Part shown: positions 1-7,501 of the stretch, one piece after another | Layout of the letters: each line of letters begins with the position of its first letter | Numbering within the stretch: the first letter of the stretch is position 1 | Source: Tubulanus polymorphus | Lineage: Eukaryota; Animalia; Nemertea | Length of the DNA stretch: 16,353 bases | Assembly (NCBI RefSeq): GCF_964204645.1 | Contig: NC_134036.1 | Location: 6,969,881 to 6,986,233, forward strand | Reading direction: 5' to 3' | Made by a program: the position numbers and the translations under genes | Notes under the pieces: model-generated | Database searches by the model: none | What the model was told of the DNA's origin: nothing | What the model saw: only the letters and a program-made list of their open reading frames with translations

Positions 1-393
1 ATGACATACCTCGGGAATGGAATGAAATTGGGTCCTTGGCTATATTGCTGTAGCCAAATGGTTGCAACTGAAGGTTCAGGTCGGTAAGGTCATGTAACCG
101 CAGACTTATTTTGTGAATTAACAATAGTAATCATACATTTTATGGGCCAAAAGTTGTAATTCATGCAGTCTGTATAGGGCCTAGCCGCCTATTACTCACT
201 CATGCTCTTCATTTTATCAGCAAACTTTTTCTTTTTCCTGCCGTGGCCAAAGTTGAAACCTTTTTTGCGCTTATTATTTGATTCTTCCATCTAAAAATCA
301 AAGAAAACCGTTTGAATTTCAGCCTTTTCTTATACAAAGAGAAATGAAAAGGCAATAAAAAATGATTGGATTTATTTTTCTTAAATTTACCTT

Positions 394-438
394 CATCTCA
401 TCAAAATCGACGGGCATCTCATCAAAATCGACAGGCAT
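394..438. repeat. 21-bp tandem duplication
   Basis: catctcatcaaaatcgacRgg x2. Confidence 0.85.
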
Positions 439-1027
439 TGTCAACAGATCAATGTCATAGAATCATCAGCTGAAAAATAATAGTCATTGACAAGCTTATA
501 TTCACTTGATATACAGAAAAGAACATATCAATTACGATAGGCCACGAGCGCTGAAATTTTTTTTCAGAATTGCAAATTTTTGAACTCTAAATTCGTCCTG
601 CCTTCACTATTGAAGCAAAAATACCTCATAAATTGGGTATCACTGGACAGCTTATCCAATTTTTCAGAGAACTAAAGTCTTAGATTTTGAATAAAAGGCA
701 CATTAGGGTCAAAAATACGTACTTTGAAGAGCAAAAATCGGACAAAATTGATCTGTTGACTTCCGGGTTCTTTGAGCGCGCCGTACTCGGATTTGGTGGA
801 AGTTACGCGAAATCGGCTCTTTAGTTCCCTAGATTTGAATGTTGTCTACAAGTTGAGACACGTTCGGTTCGAATCCCATAATTAATAGCTGAGCTACCGA
901 AGTTTTCCGGACGCAGCTCCGGCCATATCTTTAAGCATTAGCGAGACGGCCCGGCCAATCAGCGCACGCCATCGATTTTAAGATATCGATTGTTCCAATT
1001 TCTAAAATTCGTATCTCGCCTACGGTC

Positions 1028-1813
1028 GTGAATCATCGATTCATTTTGGTAACGATAGACGTACTAAGTCGTTACGCATGCGCAGAACCGATTAAAAACA
1101 AGTTTCCATCATCGGTTATCGAAGGTTTTAAGAAGATTTTCAGAAAAAGGAAGCCGAAAATATTACAAAGTGACGCGGGTAAGGAGTTTACGGCTAGTGT
1201 AACGCAAAGCTATTTCAAAGATGTCGGAATTCATTTTTTCACGACTAACAACGAAACCAAGTGCGCTATAGTAGAGCGATTTATACGGACTTTAAAGTCA
1301 AAATTGTATAAAGTTTTTTCGCATCGAAATTCTTACAAATATCTGGATGTACTTCAAGACGTAATAACGTCGTACAACAAATCATACCATCGCAGTATTA
1401 AAACGCGACCTGCTGATGTCGACATGTTTTCGGAATATAAAGTGTTTAAAACCTTGTATGGAGACCCCGATGTAAAGAAAAGAAAAAAGCAGAAATTCAA
1501 ATTCAAAATCGGCGATATCGTCCGTATCAGCGAAACAAAAGGAAAATTCCAAAAGGGCTATCTACCGTCGTATAGCACAGAATTGTTCAAGGTTGTAAAA
1601 TGTATTGATCGCGTTCCACAAGTATATCGTATCGCTGATATAGATAATGAGGAAATAAAAGGTACGTTTTACGAATACGAATTGATTAAATTCAATAAAA
1701 GGATCGACCGTAGCTCAGTATTCAAGATTGATAAGATTCTAAAGGCTCGTGGTAAAGGAAGTCGAAAACAATACTTTGTGAGTTGGTACAACTATCCGGA
1801 GAAATTCAACAGC
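1028..1813 (+). pseudogene. Polinton retroviral-type (rve/DDE) integrase with C-terminal chromodomain, truncated at both ends
   Basis: Shows FILVTIDVLSRYA, LQSDAGKEF (2nd catalytic D), AIVERFIRTLK (E), YNKSYHRSIKTRP, FKIGDIVRIS and the chromodomain start IDKILK..YFVSWYNYPEKFNS. There is no ATG, the first catalytic Asp motif is absent, and the chromodomain W-x-x-E end is missing. Confidence 0.9.
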
Positions 1814-1849
1814 GCGAAATCTACAGGAATTATAAAAAAATCAATCGAT

Positions 1850-2674
1850 ATGAGCGACTTTTACATATACCTTAAAAGTGGCGCGAACGGTGACATTTAT
1901 CCCGACAATACGCCGCACAGTTTCAAAGTAAAACTACGAGCACCCGTCTCACTCGATGGGAGATGGGAGTGCGCTTTGCAACAAGTCAATTTCGTATTTG
2001 ATTTCTATAACGTTAGCACTGGTAAATTTAAATGCGTGACACCCAAAACTGGCGAAAAAGAACTAAGAATTCCAGAGGGTCGATATTCGAGCATTGAAAA
2101 ATTAATCGCGGCGATTCAAGAAAAAATAGACGAGGTTTTTAAAGATAAGATTAAAATTACATTCAACGAAATAGAACAAAAAGTAAAGATGAGATTTTAC
2201 GACAACTGCGCGTTGGTTTTTACCGAAGATATTGCCTGGATTTTGGGGTTCAAAGAACATATACCGATCACGAACGCGTTACTGGATGTAAGGCAAGGGG
2301 ACAAGGAGCCTGGACCCAAGTTGACCGTCAGAAGAGCTGATTTTGATTCGTAAGAGTATATAGACGTGAGCGCCTCGCGCTGTGTCGATATCGAAACTGA
2401 TTATCACAATTTAATGATTTATACCGACATAATAGAACATCAGATGGTCGGTGGTCAAAGCGCGAATTTGTTAAGAATGGTAGCTTTGAAATCTGGACAT
2501 GTCGGAAAAATAGTCGGTATCGAATTTACTAAGGCTCAGTATTTTCCTGTACAGAAGAATAATTTTCAAACGATAGAAATCTTTATAAGGCGTGAATCCG
2601 GTAAAATACCTTATTTCCGTAGAGGGAAATTTAACTGCGTTTTACATTTCAAACGAAAACATCTACTGTTATAA
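1850..2674 (+). pseudogene. Polinton minor capsid protein (penton, PX-type), split by an in-frame stop
   Basis: ATG at 1850 gives MSDFYIYLKS..IYPDNTPHSFKVKL..LDGRWECAL. The C-terminal LMIYTDIIEHQMVG..LLR..YFPV..IEIFIR..VLHFKR (ORF 2366-2674) is in the same frame after TAA 2351-2353. Confidence 0.85.
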
Positions 2675-3093
2675 TGAGGACTGTTTGCCAAATAGATCAC
2701 GCCGCGTGTTGTAAATATTACTCGAGTCAAGGTGGATCAGGGATAGATATATACACCTCACACCCCGTACAGGGTGGCCGCGGACTAGGATCCGCGGTGA
2801 GTGGTTTGACTCGTAAGGCGATACCGTTTTTGAAGAATATCGCGTCCACAGTTACACCTTACGTAATAAAAACAGGCGTCAAGGTTTTCGGTGATTATTT
2901 AAGAGGACGGCCGTTAGGGGTCTCTATTAAAAACCGTGCATCGGAGACCGCGAGCGAAGCTCTGAATTCAACTTTCAACGTTAGAAAGGAACAGGTTTTA
3001 AAAGGCAAGAAACGGCGTCGCATCAGCCGCGGACGTTTAGTAGCACGTGGTAGGAGACACAACGATTCTTTAACAGAAACAGAAGCCTACTAG
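2674..3093 (+). CDS. Small basic Polinton virion core-like protein with QGGxG motifs (putative adenain substrate)
   Basis: YYSSQGGSG..VQGGRGLGSAVSGLTRKAIPFLK matches the conserved Polinton QxGxGLGS motif, with a basic tail KGKKRRRISRGR. It overlaps the penton stop (TAATG) and lies between penton and MCP. Confidence 0.7.
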   Translation: MRTVCQIDHAACCKYYSSQGGSGIDIYTSHPVQGGRGLGSAVSGLTRKAIPFLKNIASTVTPYVIKTGVKVFGDYLRGRPLGVSIKNRASETASEALNSTFNVRKEQVLKGKKRRRISRGRLVARGRRHNDSLTETEAY

Positions 3094-3112
3094 AAAAATT
3101 AACTCATTGGAA

Positions 3113-4420
3113 ATGTCGCTGTTAGTGGACCCCGATTCGCCTTTGTGCGCGAGCAATGAACTGGATTTGTTTACAGTGCCCGGATCAGTGTTTAGCTACA
3201 AACACCGCGATTATGTCGCTTACGAATCATCAACTTCAATTAGCGACAACGGGCCGATAGTATTTAGAATTCCAAAAACTGATAAATACATAGATTTGAA
3301 TTTAACTTATTTGAAATTGAAATTCCGAGTTGTAAGGGCCGACGGAAATAATCTCGATGAAGGAAACGCAATTTCTATGATCAACAGTTGCAACAGTTTT
3401 TTCAGCGACGTCCAAGTATCGTTTAACGATAAAATAGTAACGCACGACAATGGACTTTACCCGCTCAGGTGTGAAATTGAAAATTTAATAAATTATAGCC
3501 ACGAAACGAAAAACTATTCTTGGTTAAACTGCGACATTTACGCAAAAGATGAAAGCGGAAAAAAATCTGATTTCGATGTGAAGAAGGAAGGTGTGAATAG
3601 CGGATTAATGAAACGACATGATTATGTGACAAACAGCAAGTTAGTGACCGCGTACACTAGATTACACGCCGACGTGTTTAGAAAGGACAAAGTGCTATTG
3701 AATAACGTTGATATACAAGTGAAACTACTCAGATCAAAAGATAGTTTTGTTTTGATGTCTGGTGACCAGCACGCGGACTATAGATTGAAAATAGAGAGCG
3801 CTCAGCTGCATGTCAGAACGTGTGAATTGGATAGTTCTATTTTAATGGCTCACGCTAATACTTTGGGAAAGAAAATGGCGAAATATTTCTTTACACGATC
3901 TGAAATGCATACGATTAATATCCCTAAAGGACATAGAACTATTACTAAAGATTCGTTGTTTTTAGGTGAAATTCCAAGAGCTATAATAGCTTGTTTTGTA
4001 GAAGACGAAGCAATGTCTGGTAATTATAGAAAATGCCCTTACAATTTTTTAGATTACAATTTAGCAGAAATGTCTGTTACGGTAAATAATGTTCACATCC
4101 AAAATAGCCCATTGGTTTTAGATTCCGAGGGGGATGGGGTGGAGGCATATTTCAACGCTTTACTTTCGAGAGGTATGTTATACAAAAACGAGAATTTCGG
4201 TATTAAAAGAGACGAATTTAAAGCGGGAAATTTCATGTGTATTTTCAATATATCTCCTGTATTGGGCGACGACCATTTGTCTCTTATTCAACGCGGATCG
4301 TTAAAAATTCAGTTACGATTTGATAAAGATTTACCGACCAATGTAAATTTAGTTTTACTCGCCGTGTTTGACGAAGTTTTGCAAGTCGCTGAAAACAGAG
4401 ACATTACCATTGATTTTTAA
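3113..4420 (+). CDS. Polinton major capsid protein (double jelly-roll, hexon/PY-like)
   Basis: 435-aa intact ORF from ATG 3113 with NELDLFTVP, GPIVFRIP..YIDL..TYLKLK, LLNNVDIQVKL, LFLGEIPR and a C-terminal GSLKIQLRF. It lies next to the protease. Confidence 0.85.
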   Translation: MSLLVDPDSPLCASNELDLFTVPGSVFSYKHRDYVAYESSTSISDNGPIVFRIPKTDKYIDLNLTYLKLKFRVVRADGNNLDEGNAISMINSCNSFFSDVQVSFNDKIVTHDNGLYPLRCEIENLINYSHETKNYSWLNCDIYAKDESGKKSDFDVKKEGVNSGLMKRHDYVTNSKLVTAYTRLHADVFRKDKVLLNNVDIQVKLLRSKDSFVLMSGDQHADYRLKIESAQLHVRTCELDSSILMAHANTLGKKMAKYFFTRSEMHTINIPKGHRTITKDSLFLGEIPRAIIACFVEDEAMSGNYRKCPYNFLDYNLAEMSVTVNNVHIQNSPLVLDSEGDGVEAYFNALLSRGMLYKNENFGIKRDEFKAGNFMCIFNISPVLGDDHLSLIQRGSLKIQLRFDKDLPTNVNLVLLAVFDEVLQVAENRDITIDF

Positions 4421-4425
4421 AAATA

Positions 4426-4893
4426 ATGTTATACACTAATCAGATTATAGAATTAATGAAACATGACGAATGTATAAAACCTCGATTTAAAGGTGTTTTT
4501 CCGTGTGATATGATGCCGACAGTAAATATTTTGAAACCTTATGGTTTTATTGTAAATACTGATAATTCGTATGAGCCTGGTACGCATTGGTTAAGCATAT
4601 TTATAAACGGATCTAAAATCGGATTTTTCTTTGACTCTTTCGGCAAAGCACCGAATTTTTACGGTGAAATATTAACTGATTATATGCACGAAAATTGTAA
4701 GGAATGGTATTATAACTCTGTTCAATATCAAAATGTCATGTCTAGTACTTGTGGTTATTACGCGATGTTTGTACAAATATTATTATGTCACGGACTGGAT
4801 ATGAATGAAATTGAAAAGTATTTTTCGAATAATAGCAAGGAAAATGATGAGATTGTTACAGACTATATTGTAAATTATTTCAATTTGATATAA
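4426..4893 (+). CDS. Adenain-like (C5) cysteine protease
   Basis: Shows FKGVFPCD, IVNTD..PGTHW (His), FFDSFG (Asp) and QYQ..SSTCGYY (Gln, Cys). Confidence 0.93.
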   Translation: MLYTNQIIELMKHDECIKPRFKGVFPCDMMPTVNILKPYGFIVNTDNSYEPGTHWLSIFINGSKIGFFFDSFGKAPNFYGEILTDYMHENCKEWYYNSVQYQNVMSSTCGYYAMFVQILLCHGLDMNEIEKYFSNNSKENDEIVTDYIVNYFNLI

Positions 4894-4896
4894 TGG

Positions 4897-4902
4897 AATA
4901 AA
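4897..4902 (+). promoter_or_regulatory. Putative polyadenylation signal for the capsid/protease cluster
   Basis: AATAAA lies 3 nt after the protease stop, with a T-rich tract downstream. Confidence 0.5.
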
Positions 4903-5440
4903 ACATATCATATACTTTAAAGAGTTTTTTTTACACTTACCCCGGACTTGATTGTAGCCTTGGTTGGATATGGTCTAAATGAAGCGTCTCGGTCGGAACT
5001 TGTTTTCTGCTCTCGGAAATATCGACGACAAAACGACTATCTATTTCGAGGACTAAATTTGAAGTGAAATTAACGGTATTCGTACCTAGTTAAATACTTA
5101 CGTAGGATAGCTTCAAACTCAACGGTGGGGTAAGGGGAGGATTTCACGGCGATAGTATTATTATATAGATATTATATAATATTGGGGAAAAATATGGATT
5201 ACGGTTGTCCCCTAGTGTTATTTGGTTGGTCACACATGGTACCCCCCACGAATACCGGGTTAATGATTCATGATATTAATTATAAACTTGGAAATAGAAA
5301 TGAAAAATAATATTTTCATATAATGTTTTAAAGCAAAAGCAAAGCGAGGAGAGGCAAACGTAACCAGCTCTTTTTGGAATTTTAGGTTGGTCTTGAAAAA
5401 GACCGTTTTTTTTTTTTCGTATACATCAGATACGCGTATA

Positions 5441-6064
5441 TTAAAATATATACGCGTTCTGAATGTCATACATCGGAATTGACCGACATTGTTCCGATGG
5501 CAGTGGATCGCTGTCATCTCTTCGGCAGTATGGACATTCGTAATGTCGTATATTCTTTAAGCGTTTAATACACTTAACGTGGATCTGCTTTCCGCAGCAC
5601 GTTGTCGGTGTATCCATACACACTTCCAAACACACACAGCACGTTAGGTCCAGAGTCGTGCTGCAAAATTCACATCGGTGGTGTTGTGAGTGATCGATTT
5701 TGTCGCAGCAATCATAACATATCGGCGTACGACAACACGGTATCTGATTGGTTGTGAAGTGGAGAGCACACCCTCTGCATACTTCATCATTCCTTAGGGC
5801 AGGAACCGAACCAGTACACCCATTGCGGAAAATGGGGTCTAGATGTTCTTCGAACCCAATGATTCGCATCATTGGGCACATGATCCTTGACTGGTTCCCT
5901 TGGTCCTCAGCCGCGTTGTCGAAGCAGGTATCGCAAATTATTTTATTGCAACATCTAGTTACAAACTCGTATGGGTTTACGCCATAGCGTAAAATCTCCA
6001 TACAGGAGTGACATTTTATGTCGCCCCGCTCTGAACAAAATACCGGAACGGTATGAATTTCCAC
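5441..6064 (-). CDS. Cys-rich protein with three tandem RING-like fingers (putative E3 ligase); true start unresolved
   Basis: Three units: CHSC..TRCCNKIICDTC..CP; CRGC..PCCRTPICYDC..CEFC; CCVC..TCCGKQIHVKC..CPYC. The ORF starts at GTG and no upstream in-frame ATG was found. Confidence 0.7.
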   Translation of the reverse strand: MEIHTVPVFCSERGDIKCHSCMEILRYGVNPYEFVTRCCNKIICDTCFDNAAEDQGNQSRIMCPMMRIIGFEEHLDPIFRNGCTGSVPALRNDEVCRGCALHFTTNQIPCCRTPICYDCCDKIDHSQHHRCEFCSTTLDLTCCVCLEVCMDTPTTCCGKQIHVKCIKRLKNIRHYECPYCRRDDSDPLPSEQCRSIPMYDIQNAYIF

Positions 6065-6105
6065 TTCTTCTTCATTTTTCCAAAATACTGGAGAATACGC
6101 AATTT

Positions 6106-6155
6106 TTCGTAGAGAGTGTTGAGTAAGAATTTCGTAGAGAGTGTCGAGTAAGAAT
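6106..6155. repeat. 25-bp tandem duplication
   Basis: ttcgtagagagtgtYgagtaagaat x2, one mismatch. Confidence 0.9.
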
Positions 6156-6529
6156 GAATAATATCGTCAGGATGTATAAAAGTATTTATATAATGCAAGT
6201 CGAAAATATATGACTGAACATGAATATTATCATAGTAGAAAACATATAAACATATATAGTACAATACAAGTCGATAATTCAATACGATGTAAATAAACAA
6301 TGGCATGTCACCGATGACACGTCAATAGTAAATATATCATTCTCTTTGAATCGAACACTAATGAATATCACAACGGGGAGTACTTTTAAACCCCCTCATA
6401 TTTTGGTTACCATATGTCATCATAAACTTTACTAACTCGTAACTAACAACAATCAAATATCCTGACGTGATTGTGCTTGATTTGTTTCATAACATCATTT
6501 TAATACTTGCGAAAAGAACCAAAAAAAAA

Positions 6530-7083
6530 ATGGATTCCTTGATCACCGTAGAAAAGGCATTTTTCGAGTGCAGCGAAATTGAATTAAGCGAAATAATGAT
6601 GATTAGTTTCGACTGTGAACCAGGTTATGGATAATGTCACGGTTATTGTAGAATGATCGTACATATTTCGGACTTAAAACTGACGAAATGCTGTAAGTAA
6701 GGTATTTGTTCGGTATGTTGGGAGATAACGGTGAACGTAACTCAAAGAATTTCAACTGCCCGATGGAAGATTGTTCAGCTATTCATAACTTGACGCGTAG
6801 GATCCGAACAACAATGTGTCGCCGCTGTAAAGATTGGAAGTCACCTGACGTTTATCAGTCCTGTATTGCCGGAACATTTTGTAGAAAATGCAAAGATGAC
6901 CTCGAAACATCATCTGATTTACAGATGTGTTTTAAGTGTTTATCGCGTGTTTGCAACATTAAATTGTGCGCGATATGTATGGAACATTGCAAAACTGAGA
7001 GATATTGTGGATGCGTTATTCACGATGTGTGTGCCAAGGCGTTCAGCAATAATCGTGAAAAATGTATAAAATGTAAAAAATAG
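6530..7083 (+). pseudogene. Second triple-RING-like Cys-rich gene, disrupted
   Basis: The ATG 6530 frame reads MDSLITVEK..YG*CHGYCRM..LTKCCK*GICSVCWE (stops at 6632 and 6698). It then shifts into ORF 6706-7083 (CPMEDC..CRRC..CRKC..CFKC..CAICMEHC..CGCVIHDVC..CIKC). Confidence 0.65.
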
Positions 7084-7247
7084 AACGCTATTCCTATATT
7101 ACATATATATATCTTGGTTTGAAATAAATAACATTGTTTGAAATATATAACTGTCGTTATTTGGTATTGTTTAATCTATTCGAACGCGGATTATCGCATG
7201 AGTAATCGGGTAACAGCTGGTGTGAGCATCCATCGAAATTTCAAAAT

Positions 7248-7416
7248 CCGCCATCTTTGATCACGTGACCACAACCGCCATCTTGGATCGGGGCGCCATC
7301 TTTGATCACGTGACCGCAGTCGCCATCTTGGATCGGGGCGCCATTTTTGATCACGTGACCACAGCCGCCATCTTGGACGGACGCCATCTTGGATCACATG
7401 ACAGCCGCCATCTTGG
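7248..7416. repeat. Subterminal 45-bp repeat array with YY1-type and E-box motifs
   Basis: TCACGTGACC at 7261, 7306 and 7351 (period 45), plus eight CGCCAT(C/T)TT copies. Confidence 0.9.
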
Positions 7417-7465
7417 ATTTAACCACAACCACAATTTAACCACGGGCCTATAGTAACCCACCATC

Positions 7466-7471
7466 ACTACT
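7466..7471 (+). other. Putative Polinton right terminus (ACTACT)
   Basis: Matches the known AGTAGT..ACTACT Polinton ends. It follows the subterminal repeats, and sequence character changes abruptly after it. Confidence 0.7.
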
Positions 7472-7501
7472 TGTATGTATGTATGTATGTATGTATGTAT
7501 G
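7472..7501. repeat. (GTAT)n microsatellite, about 7 units
   Basis: tgtatgtatgtatgtatgtatgtatgtatg. Confidence 0.95.

Larger units (their letters stand above)
1031..7471 (+). mobile_element. Polinton/Maverick (adintovirus-like) endogenous viral element, right portion, partly decayed
   Basis: Co-oriented cluster of rve integrase, penton, small core-like protein, major capsid protein and adenain protease. A subterminal repeat array is followed by the terminal ACTACT (reverse complement AGTAGT) at 7466-7471. The left boundary is only the integrase truncation point. Confidence 0.92.

Noticed and set aside
820-880. tRNA gene suggested by GGTTCGAATCCC (also at 13767)
   Set aside because: No convincing A-box, acceptor stem or cloverleaf; kept only as a motif in the repeated module.
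1028-4893. Bacterial prophage/IS or LTR retrotransposon interpretation
   Set aside because: The gene set (rve + chromodomain, penton, double jelly-roll MCP, adenain), the absence of RT/gag and the nearby spliceosomal introns indicate a eukaryotic Polinton.
5260-6306. ORFs 5260-5517, 5748-5987, 6016-6306
   Set aside because: AT-rich or overlapping alternative frames with no recognisable motifs.
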